This document shows, in pieces, positions 1-10,902 of a stretch of DNA of 64,000 bases. A model generated the notes under the pieces. The model did no database searches. It had not been told where the DNA came from and saw only the letters and a program-made list of their open reading frames with translations. Source of the DNA: Eukaryota sp. TZLM1-RC. Taxonomy: Eukaryota; Protista; Metamonada: BaSk clade. Made by a program: the position numbers and the translations under genes. The stretch's first letter is position 1. The number at the start of each line of letters is the position of its first letter. The stretch spans positions 1,984,001 through 2,048,000 of the forward strand of contig JAUPSS010000003.1 in the NCBI GenBank assembly GCA_040285825.1. Reading direction: 5' to 3'.

Positions 1-1730
1 ACTTCGTTCCTTTATCTGGCCCCGTAATTTGCCTCATAATTCAATTTGTAAATGTGCTCAAAAAATTACACTTACTCATTTGTTAAATTATATTATTCTA
101 AGAAGCAATGTTGCTGTCAAAGACCAATTTAATTTTATGTGTAATTTTCATAGTATTGAATCCTTTTTGAAACCTTGTTGTCAAATCTGTTTGATGCTGA
201 TGATGATTTTCTAAAAATATACAGGTGATGTCATATTACCCAGATTAGATGGAGCCTCCATTTTATTGGATGTAATGTCTGATGATCCTTGTAATGTCTC
301 AAATAAAAGGCTTGTGTTAGATTTTGGATAACATGAAATCACTGGTGATGACGTGGCAATAGTTGAATTTCTGTATTTGTCAATTATTAAAGCTTTTCTC
401 CCGATCACTGCAGTGGAACCCAACAATAACGTTATTGTCCTTGGCCCTGTCCCAGTCCCTGTACAGTCACTGTTCTTGTTCCTGCCTTTGGTAAAACCGT
501 TAGATGCGTCCTGTCGACCGTCCCTATCTAACCTCGCTGTCCGAGAAAGATGTATGTATGTCTTTGAGCGAATCTGAAGTGTATTAGTCTGTCACTGATA
601 GCACTAAAGTGGTTTCGTTAAGACTTTCCGTACATCTTTTTATTTCAATGTCCTTAGAGTTGTGTGAACCTAAGGTTAATTCTTCTGATAGTGTTTTGTT
701 TAACTTTTTGAAGTTCCTGAACAGTTTTCCCTCCTCTGAAGCTTTCAACGAGACGGTGTTTCGGTTGAAAATGAACGTAAAAATTACAAGTGCCAAAAAA
801 AATGACCGATTACCTCAGAAGCTTTTTGAAGGTGAAGGAAAAGGCTGACTGTCTTGCCATTCTTAATTCTGTGTTTATAAAACAATTTGTCGCTGGTATT
901 ACTCCTAAAGGACTTGCTGAATTCCTTGTCTCTCGTATCAATGTCCGATTGATTCCTGATTTCAAAACTCTTGTGCAGGTCGCTACTGAAAGAATTGTTG
1001 CCCATGATAGATCTAAAGTTTCACAGAACACTGAACTAGAAAAACTAGAACTAGAACTAGAAAAAGTGAACACTATTCTTTGTGTTGTTAATGAAGTAGA
1101 TACCAATACCTGTTCTAAATCACGCCTTGGTGACGTGCTGAATGTTTATGATAGTGATTATCCAGATGAAGAGCCGTATGAAGTTGTACTCAATCCTTTA
1201 ACAAAGAATTTGCCATCATCAGAGAAGAGAGGTGAAAAAGGGGTAGTGTTAGATGTTGAATAACATCAAATCACGTGTGATGACGTGGCAATAGTTTAAA
1301 TTCTGTTTTTGTTAATTAATAAAGCTTTTCCTTTGGTCACTGCAGTGGAACTCAACACTTGTTAATTCTGAAACTCACAATCTTTTATCAAATGCTGAAA
1401 ATTTTAAAATCAAAAAATACAATGAACCTTTGACCAAATAGTTTTAATCAACAGCATGTAAAATACAATTTATATACATTGGTATTTTCTCTATTTGGTT
1501 CACTTGCTCCCACGGCTATACGTGTTTTGGCAGATTTTGAAATGAATTTCAAGAGAAGAACTAACAGAAATTTCAACAGATTGTTTTGGCAAAATAAAAC
1601 TGTGTTTTTTCTTGTTAAGGGGATGTTGAGGATGGTTTCTGATGCTTTGCTTTCTCTTGGATCTCACTATGAGAGAATTGATTTTGGGAGAGATGGATTA
1701 TTTAAATTTTCATTTATAAGCTTTTCAATA
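1..1730 (+). mobile_element. Degenerate 3' half of CRE-like non-LTR element (older A' lineage), split by an LTR element at 315-1357
   Basis: Frameshifted homology to family A C-terminus (ICKC..LTHLLN, LDVMS.DPCN, FSLFGSLAPTA..FNRLFWQN); the sequence resumes exactly after the LTR insert. Confidence 0.85.
315..1357 (+). mobile_element. Mini LTR retroelement family L1 (gag-only, TRIM/TR-GAG-like)
   Basis: 111-bp LTRs TGTT...AACA at 315-425 and 1247-1357; TSD CTTG on both sides; polypurine tract just before the 3' LTR; degenerate gag-like ORFs (KMTDYLRSFLKVKEKA..F..GI). Confidence 0.9.
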
Positions 1731-1737
1731 TTTGAAT

Positions 1738-2345
1738 ATTTATTGAACATGCACACTTGATTAAATTAATTCATAACTAATGGGACGAATATCATTGAAC
1801 CAAGATTTCCTCTACAAAATCTTGGTCTGCTTGCTGTCTAGCTAAAACTTCTCTAATTCGATTGAAAAACCGAGGTAATCTATTAATAATGCCAAATTAA
1901 ATCCGTGAACGCCATAAAAAATATCAAATCTTTTCATTGTTTTTTCTTAAACCATTTTTTTGAAGTCGTTCAAAAAAGTTTCTGCTTCTACTGTTAATCT
2001 TCCGTTTATCGAAAATGGGAAAGCAATAAAAACTAGCTGTGTATTTCTATCAGCATTAGCTTCTTCAATATCTTTATCATTTTTTCTATGTTTTTCTTTT
2101 GCTTTAAAATCAAAAGCACTTACAGGATTAAGTTTTCTTCTGTAAACCAAAGTATCATTTGCAACATTACATGAGACAAAGTCAACAATAGCTTCAGAGT
2201 TATCAATCCAATCACAGTATACATCACCTCTATCATCAGAACCAAAATTATTCAGAGAAAGTGTTTCCTTCAGCAGAGGCTCTTTGATACACGATATCCT
2301 TGCAGTTTGTGCCATATTGAAAACAGTGTCTCTAACAGCATCATT
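1738..2345 (-). mobile_element. 5'-truncated CRE family B
   Basis: RLE motif DRGDVYCDW..DFV..KEKHRK and the B 3' UTR. Confidence 0.9.
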
Positions 2346-2354
2346 TGATGAAGA

Positions 2355-2431
2355 GTTTTTTAATTAACACATATCATTAATATAAGAGAAACGTGAAGAG
2401 GCAATAATGAAGTGTATTGAGATCGGTCATA
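2355..2431 (+). pseudogene. Duplicated tRNA-Asp upstream flank plus first 9 nt of the tRNA
   Basis: Aligns with 8095-8172; ends in TCGGTCATA (2423-2431). Confidence 0.7.
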
Positions 2432-2470
2432 CATATGATTATTTAAATGTTCATTTATAAGTTTTTTATT

Positions 2471-3975
2471 CGTCATTTGGGTTCGTTTTTAGGAAATAAT
2501 GATGAAATTACCAAAAAATTGTTTGAAAAGTTGAACTCAATTTCTGACAAAATTGACCGAATGATGAATTTAGATATAAAAAAACACATCAAATTTACCA
2601 TTATAAGACTGTGTTTTAGTTCCAATTTTAATCATATATTTCGATCTACAAATCCTCTCGTCACTAGACCTTTGGCTCAGAAGTTTAATGAGTTACGTGC
2701 AAAAGTTCTGTCTCAATTACTGGGATGTAAAATGTTCCAAATTCCTGATCATGCTTTTCTTAGTCCACATTATGGTGGTTTAGGGTGGACGAAGGCTTCT
2801 ATTCTTACCTCGTGTGCTTTTGTTGGTGGATGCAGAAATGCAATCTTTGAGTTTTCCGACAGATTTGCAGATTGGGAAGATTTATTGATGTCAACGCAAA
2901 GTTCCACTGTTTTTGCATTAAATGAAGAAATTTCAAAAATTGATGTAGAAAAATAGGGTCGATGTTTTCCCCAATCATTCAATGGCAATATTCCAGAAAA
3001 AAATGTTTTAAATTTGAAGTACACTCTTCGAACATTACAGAAACGATTGACTGGAATGTATGAAAAAGATTTTTATAATACTATATGCAGCTCGCCTGTT
3101 TTAAATCAAGATCTTCACTCATTGTTATTGGAAAAGGGTGTTTGTGAAAACAAGTCATCAGATTCTTCACTTTTTGTAACCATTGTACCACGAAGATTTG
3201 GATTGTGTGCCGCTAATGAAGCATTTGTAACAAAAGCGAGATCATATTTGAATATCCCCATTAAACAATTATTATCAAAAGAAGCATGTATTTGTTCGAA
3301 TTCACCTCAACTCACTTTGTGCCATGCTCTGAATTGTTCTAAATTGATAACTTATCGTTTTTCATTACATGATGCTGTGAGAAACACTGTTTTCAATATG
3401 GTACAAACTGCAGGAACATCGTGTATCAAAGATTCTCTGCTGAAGGAAACATTTTCTCTGAATAATTTTGGTTCTGATGATAGAGGTGAAGTATACTATG
3501 ATTGCATTGATAATTCTGAAGCTATTGTTGACTTTGTCTCATATAATCTTGCAAATGATACTTTGGTTCAAAGAAAACTTAATCCTGTGAGTGCTCTTGA
3601 TTTTAAAGCAAAAGAAAAACATAGAAAATATGATAAAGATATTGAAGAGGCTAATGCTGATAGAAATACACAGCTGGTTTTATTGCTTTCCCATTTTCGA
3701 TAAATGGAAGATTATCAGATGAAGCAGGAACTTTTTTGAATGATTTCCAAAAAATGGTTCAAGAAAAAACAATGAAAAGAATTGATATTTTTTTTATGGC
3801 GTTCTCGGATTCAATTTGCCATTATTAATAAATTACCTTGGTTTTTCAGTCGAATAAGAGAAGCTTTAGCTAGACAACAAGCAGATCAAGATTCTGTAGA
3901 GAAAATCCTGGTTCAATGATAGTCGTCCCATTAGTTATGAGTTAATTTAATTAAGTGTGCAAATTCAATAAATAT
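2471..3975 (+). mobile_element. 5'-truncated CRE family B (degenerate)
   Basis: ORFs 2447-2956 and 3014-3703: post-RT region, CIC..HALNC, LHDAVR, RLE; B 3' UTR. Confidence 0.9.
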
Positions 3976-3999
3976 TTCTATCAAGTTTTTTAATAAGTT

Positions 4000-5898
4000 C
4001 TTTAGGTGTTAAACAAGGCGATCCACTTGGTCCTTTTTTCTTTTGTCTGGCAATTCATCCATTATTGTGCGAATTAAAAGAAAAATTCCCAGAAATAGAT
4101 ATTGTAGCATATATTAATTTATTGAATTTGCACACTTGATTAAATTAAATCATAACTAATGGGACGACTATCATTAAACCAAGATTTCCTCTACAAAATC
4201 TTGAATGCATATATGGATGACATTTCTGTAATTGCTTCTATTACAATTCTCAAACAAATAGCAACTTTTATTCAACAGCGTTATGAAGATATTGGTCTCT
4301 CATTGAATATCTCCAAATGTTTGATTATTGGCCATGAACCAATTGATTTTTTCATTAATGATGTCAATGTCCCCTTTATCAATTATGATCAGTCTGGTTT
4401 TCGTTTTTTGGGTTGTTATTTCGGAAATATTGAAGAAGTCAAAGGCCAACTTTCGACTCTGTTGACTCAATTTGGAAATGAATTAGAATCAATAGAAAAT
4501 TTAAATATTGAGAAACATTGTAAATTCTTTTTCCTAAAAATTTGTTATTCTGGAAAATTTACTCATATTTTGAAATCAACATCACCATCAATTTCTTTGG
4601 AGTTTTGTCGAATTTTTAATGAACAAAGAACCAATTTTTTGCCAGATTATTAGAAATTGATGCATCTCAGTTACGAAGCCACATTTTTTGTGGTACAAAT
4701 TTTGGTGGTGTTGATTTTCATAAACCAAGCTACCTTTGTGAAGCTGCCTTTATTGGAGGTGGTGAAAATTTTATTTATGAATTTGTGAATCGTTTTTCTG
4801 AAAAAATTGTGGCAGCTCTTATCTGTTTTCTTTGCAACAGGAAATTGAAACTATTTCACCCAATATTTGGTCTAAATGTTTCCCCTCTGATATTGTGGAA
4901 CTTCCTCCAAGAAGCTTGCTCTTTTTACCACTGACTTTTGCAAAATTGCAGAAAAAAATCTTGAAAGTTTTAGAAAACTTGGATTATATTGTACGTCTTA
5001 GCCTGGCTAAGGAAAAAAATCCCGTTTTTGCAAACTTTTTGATTGATCTTGAAGACAGTTGCTCAAGTTGCCTAATCTCCCAAATTCCCAACATTTATGG
5101 CCTTCTACTTAATGATCACCAATGGACGTAATGAGAATGAGATGTTTTCTATGGCCTTGTTCATTACCAAATGATTTAATTTGTCGCTGCAAGAGTGTTG
5201 TTACGCTTTCCCATATTTTAAACTGTAAGTATTTTATAACTTATCGCTCACTTGTTCATGACTCAGTTCGTGATCAATTATATGCCATGTGCAAAAGTTT
5301 CAATATAGAGGCATTTATTGAGCCATATAGTACGTAAGCTGTCTTCAGATCAAACTGATGATTCCTTTGGTAAAAGAAGGGCAGATTTAGTAGCTCCAGG
5401 GATCGATGGTGTTCTCAATGTTGTAGACGTTGTCTCAGTTGATGTTTGCAAAAATTCTGCTGCTCGTTTAGTGTATTCCGCTGATTCGCCGTTATCTAAC
5501 CCCGAAAAACAGAAGATAAAAAAATATGAAGAACCTTTGGCACAGTTAGGTAGAGTGGAACATGTGAAATATCAGTTTGTGCCGTTTGCAATTTCTCTTT
5601 TTGGCAATATTGGACCTTCAGGGTTGCACTTTTTTGAAAATTTCAAAAATGTGTTACTGAATAGGTCTGGTAAAACAATGAACTCCACTTTCTGGTTAAA
5701 TAGAATTGTTTTTTGCATTTTCAAGTCTATTCCAACAATGATTTCAAAGGCACTTTTAGCTATTGGTGTAGAATATGAACGTAATGCTGTGAGTAGGTTC
5801 AGTAATAGTGACGCTTGTTTGGAGGATATTGAATTCTAGATGGGTTTTTTTATCTCAATAATTATTCCAGTTTTAAAAATAAATAAATTGAAAAAAAA
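4000..5898 (+). mobile_element. 5'-truncated CRE family C
   Basis: GVKQGDPLGP, VAYMDD (interrupted), CRC..HILNC, RRADL, ends LEDIEF with A-rich tail. Confidence 0.9.
4115..4206 (-). mobile_element. 92-bp family-B 3'-end insert inside the AYMDD codons of family C
   Basis: TSD GCATATAT at 4107-4114 and 4207-4214. Confidence 0.9.
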
Positions 5899-5899
5899 G

Positions 5900-5979
5900 T
5901 GTTTTAATTAATACATATTATAGAAACTAACAGAAAAGTGAAGAGGCAAAAATAAATTTTATTAAAATCGGTCATAGTA
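5900..5979 (+). pseudogene. Duplicated tRNA-Asp upstream flank plus first 12 nt of the tRNA
   Basis: Aligns with 8095-8175; ends in TCGGTCATAGTA (5968-5979). Confidence 0.75.
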
Positions 5980-8100
5980 ATAAAATTGGTCTTTGATAGC
6001 AACCTTGCTACTAAGAATAATCTAATGTTTACAATTTAACAAATGAGTGAGTGTAATTTTTTGAGTGCATTTACAAATTGAATTATGAGGCAAATTATGG
6101 TGCCAGATAAAAGAAGAAGTCTCTTTCTTTTTTCTTTCTTATGCTAAAAATTTCAAAATCAAAAAATACAATGAACCTTTGTCCAAATTGTCCTGTCAAC
6201 AGCATGCAAAATACAATTTTTATCCATTTGTATTTTTTTGGTTCACTTGCTCCCACGGCTATAGGTTTTTTGGCAGATTTTGAAATGATTTTCAAAAGAA
6301 ATAACAGAAATTTCAAAAGATAGTTTTGGCAAAATAAAATAAGTTTATTTTTATTCAACAACAAATATGAAATACACAATTAAAACTCCACATCCTCAAA
6401 ACCTGCCTCCCCTACATCAAAACAATTAATCGCTAAAGATTCAGAAAATTTCCCAAAAGAAGATAGTGAATCAGAAATTAGTGTTACCATTCCCTTAAAA
6501 ATAGAAAATACAATCCTGTTTTGCCAGTAAACACGATTGAAAATTCTTCCAGTTCTTTCCAGTTCTAAAAAGGAATCTACACGATATGATTTGCACATTA
6601 CATAAATTTGGTCCCTGACGTTATTATGCACTTTGCTTCTAAACGTAATGAAATGTTTACAGTTCAAAAGATGAGTAAACAAAAGAGGTTTACCACATTT
6701 ACAAGTTAAATGATTGGGCAAATTGTTTGGCCACAGAAAACAACGAAAACGCATGTTTAGAAGCCATTCATTGTCTTTTAACAAAAGTCCATAAACAGAG
6801 GGAACTTGAGTTACTAAAGCAGCAGCTGAACTATCACGAATATCCTTTAAAAAATTACCGAAAGCGGGATTTTTAGTTTTGGCCAAGCCAAGTCTTACTT
6901 CATAATCCAAGCCTTCATATAATTTAACCAGATGGTGCTGAAGCTTTTTCAAGCAAAAACGTAAATTTGGAAGTGATCGAGTGGGAATTTCTTGAACATT
7001 TTGAGGAAAACACTGAATCCAGATATCACTGGGCAAATTTTCTAATTCAAATTGCAGTTGATTCAAGTAAAAATTTGATTCACCATTGATCAGATGAACA
7101 TCAAAAGGGAACCTTTGGAAAAATTCAAAAACAAAATTTTTACCACCTCCCAAAAATGCTGCTTTACACAGAATCGAAGATTTGGTGAATCCAATTCCAC
7201 CCAAATCTGCTGAACAAAATACATGACTTCGAATTAAAGATTCATTTACTTCTAATAAAGAAGAAAAAAATTTGACTCGAAGTTTGTTAAAAGATCTGCA
7301 AAAATTGAGAGATACCGAAGGGGAGTTGACCTTAAAATATGAGTGAATTTTTCCAGAATAACAAATTTTTAAAATAAAAAATTTGATGTGTTTCTCAATG
7401 TCACATTCAGCAATAAAACTAAGATCCTTGTCAAACTTCTCCAATAAATTGTTTAACTGGGAATAAATTTCATCCAAATTGCCAAGCCAACATCCAAGAA
7501 ACTTAAAAGCTTGTTGGTCATAATTGATAAAAGGAATCTGAGCTCCACCAATCATCAAATATTGTTTTTCTCTACCAATCAAGAGACATTTAGATGGGTT
7601 CAAAGCTAAACCAATTTCTTTGTATTTCGCCGCAATGTCTTCAGAAACCCTAGAAATGCTTTCAAAAGAGCCAATAATAGAAATGTCATCCATATAGGCA
7701 ACAATACGCAAATCAGGGAAATCTTGTTGTGTCATTTTAATAATATTATGAATAGCCAAACAAAACAGCAAAGGGCCAAGAGGATCACCTTGTTTCACAC
7801 CAGAAGAAGATTCAAGGGTAAAGGAGTCAAAAATTAAGTCTGATTTTTTTCCATAAAATAAATAAAAATATGCAGAAAGTTCAGGAAAATCATGAAGAAG
7901 CACATCAAAAATACAATTACGTTTCACAGAATTGAAAGCATTTTTGAAATCCAAATTTGGCAAAATAACAATGTGTTTTTTATTGTTAAGGGGATGTTGA
8001 AGATGCTGTGCTTTCTCTTGGATCTCACTATGAGAGAGTTGCATCTAGTTGCTTGGTTTTGGGATAGATGGATTATTTAAATGTTCATTTATAAGTTTTT
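5980..8100 (+). mobile_element. CRE A' copy with inverted 5' segment (about 5980-6120), interrupted by family D
   Basis: 5980-6120 is the reverse complement of sequence homologous to 1-130; 6141-6337 and 7956-8100 are a collinear A' C-terminus. Confidence 0.75.
6341..7955 (-). mobile_element. 5'-truncated CRE family D with an in-frame internal deletion of the RLE core
   Basis: LDFKNAFNS, QGDPLGP, VAYMDD, CKC..HLLNC; FLE/LERTGR junction lacks the RGD..D region present at 60014-60340; TSD TTTGGCAAAATAA (6325-6337, 7956-7968). Confidence 0.9.
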
Positions 8101-8163
8101 TAATGAATACATATTATTGAAACTAAGAGGAACGTGACGGGACAAAAATCGTTCTTATTGACA

Positions 8164-8235
8164 TCGGTCATAGTATAGTGGTGAGTATCCCCGCCTGTCA
8201 CGCGGGAGGCCGGGGTTCGATTCCCCGTGACCGAG
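8164..8235 (+). tRNA. tRNA-Asp (GTC)
   Basis: Acceptor stem TCGGTCA/TGACCGA, anticodon arm CCCGC-CTGTCAC-GCGGG, T arm CGGGG-TTCGATT-CCCCG, 72 nt. Confidence 0.97.
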
Positions 8236-8749
8236 AAAATTTTTATTTTTATCAAAATTCCTCAATATTCGAGATGAGACAACATTCAGATGAGGCGGAA
8301 GATACACTCTATTTATCTTTAAAACAATTATTTGAACAATTACTTTGTTCTGCATTGCTTTATACAAAGCACACTTTGAATTTTTTGCACTTATTCCTTA
8401 AGACATTTGAACAAGACAATTTAAAAATTTGTTCTACTGGGAAAATGTCCCTCTTTTTTTATTGAGGTATTGCTCACAAATAAATTATTGATACTGCTTT
8501 TTGTACATTTTTACAACACATTTGTGTCAAGCCATTGTTTTCTTTTATTATGCAACTACCTCAAAAATATTGCTTCGTTTTGAGCTGTTTTGTATAGGTT
8601 ACCAATATGAGATTTAGATTGGATTTGTGGCCTTTTGGACGTCTTATAGATACTCAATGTACTAAATGTGCTATCTTTCATCAAGTAAGAAATTGTCTCA
8701 AATTTTCGAGATTGTTCTAACGAAATGCTGAAAAGTAATCGATTTTATG

Positions 8750-10150
8750 CCAAATAAGACTGATGATTTTGAAAATTTTGTAAAAAAGAAGAATGAACAC
8801 GTGTTTTGATCACCGTTTCATGTTGAATCCTATTGTTTTTACTATTTTTAAAGCAGTTCCTGAAATGATTTCGAAAGCTGTGATGTCTGTCAGTGCACAT
8901 TACGAAAACAGTTTCATGGTGGGGAAGCTTGTTTTGAAGATATTGATGTTTAGACTGTGTTTTTTAGAATAAATTAAATTTGGAAAAAACAAGATTTGTT
9001 TTTTTTCAAAAATCAGGGTAGCAAGAAAACAAATGATTAAGTGACATCCCTTGGGTTTGTGTCTAATTACCAGGAAATCGTATCGGACCTTGTTAGTGCT
9101 AATACTTCCCACTATTTATCTAATTTTGATATACTAAAATCAGGCTTAGAAAATAACAATGAAAAGATTTGGCATCTTTTCATGGCGCTTTCGACTTCAA
9201 TTTGCCATTATTAATAGATTGCCTCCGTTTTTCAATCGAATTAGAGAAGCGTTAGCTAGACAGCAAGCAGATCATTATTTTGCAGAGGAAATCTTGGTTC
9301 CATGAATTTTGTCCCATTAAGGCTTATTTATTCATTTAATAAGGAATATGAAATCATGAAATACACAACTATAACTCTACATCCTCAAAATCTGCCTCAC
9401 CTACATTAAAACAATTAATTACTAAAGATTCAAAAAATTCCCAGATGAAGAGAGTGAATCATAAATTAATTTCACCATTCCCTAAAAAATAGGAAATACA
9501 ATCCTGTTCTGCCAGTAAACACGATTGAAAATTCTTCCAGTTCTTTCCGTTACAACTACAACAAAATCCTCAAGGAAAGCCATAGCAGCCTTACCTAAAA
9601 ATCCAAGCAAAGAAAAAACAAAGAGACATAAATTATATTGGGCATGAGAATTTTCATTTACAGAGGAAATGTGTTTCGCGTATTAGCAATTTTCTATTTT
9701 TGCCAGCAAGAAGAGGATTATTTACATCCGAGTTAATGAGATGTTCGTTAGAAGAATGACAAGGGTCAATAGACATGGCGTTCAAAATAGTGAAACTACC
9801 ATTTAAGCCGGGAACAACCAGATCACCTCTTGTCAGACCCATAGAAGCTCTGTTGTAGCGCGTACTGTCAATATTGGGGTCATCAAGAATTAATTTTAAT
9901 AACAACGGCTCTAAAAAGGAATCTACTCGATATGATTTACACATTACATAAATTTGGTCCCTGGCATTATTATGCTCTTTATTTCTAAATGTAATGAAAT
10001 GTTTACAGTTCAAAAGATGAGTAAACAAAAGAGGTTTACCACAATTACATGTTAAATGATTGGGCAAATTGTTTGGCCATAGAAAACAACAAAATTTCGC
10101 CCCATTAGTTATGAGTTGATTTTGTTAAGTGAGCAAGTTTAATAAATTAA
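8750..10150. mobile_element. Mosaic of degenerate CRE 3' fragments (G +, B +, D-like -, B tail)
   Basis: D-like ORF 9654-10067 (TRGDLVVPG..SIDPC); B C-terminus about 9150-9320; G-like about 8750-8960. Confidence 0.75.
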
Positions 10151-10902
10151 GAAGCAAAAATCAGGTTTTAAGCCTTTAAAAGTTGCTGAAAAAGCTGAAG
10201 TTGATAATTGTAAGAGTCTTGTTTAAGCCTCAAATGTTAGTAGTTAAAATACAATATTTTTTGAACCGTATGCTGATTTTGGTTGGACACAATATCCAGT
10301 CGAAATTTTACACTGTTCTATTTTCATATTTGAGATTTCTACGTGCCTCTAAATCAAATGAATTTGCCTTTGGCTCTATAAGACATCAATAACAATTATT
10401 TATACAACATTTGTTATTTATACATGACAGTTTGTAATCACTATTCTTTGTTTCCTTTTCACTATTTTTGTCCTTCTGTTGGGACATATCATGTAGAAAA
10501 TTCGGTAGCTTCAAAGTATGGATAAAGAAAATTGTCATAAGAGAGGTTCAGCAAAATGTTTGAAGAAAAGTGTTCTGATAACAAGTAATCTAGTCTTATC
10601 AATTTTGAATCCAGGAATTTAAGCTCGAAATAATGCAGCTACTGGAAAAAAATTTACAACTATCTTCATCAACCAAACGAGAAATTAATTTTCTACGAGA
10701 GATGTAACCTCTTTGTTTGTATGTCTCTCATCATTAGAAAATAAAATTTATTTTTGCAGAGTTTGTCTTATCGGCGGCAACACTGAGGTGATTTATCCAG
10801 GTGACGTCATGGTGACAATTTTAGGTCTTTAGAAAGTGATATTTTCATATCCTCTTTCATTGCTGTTCCCTTTTTGCTTCGGTGATTTTGAAATGAAGCA
10901 TT

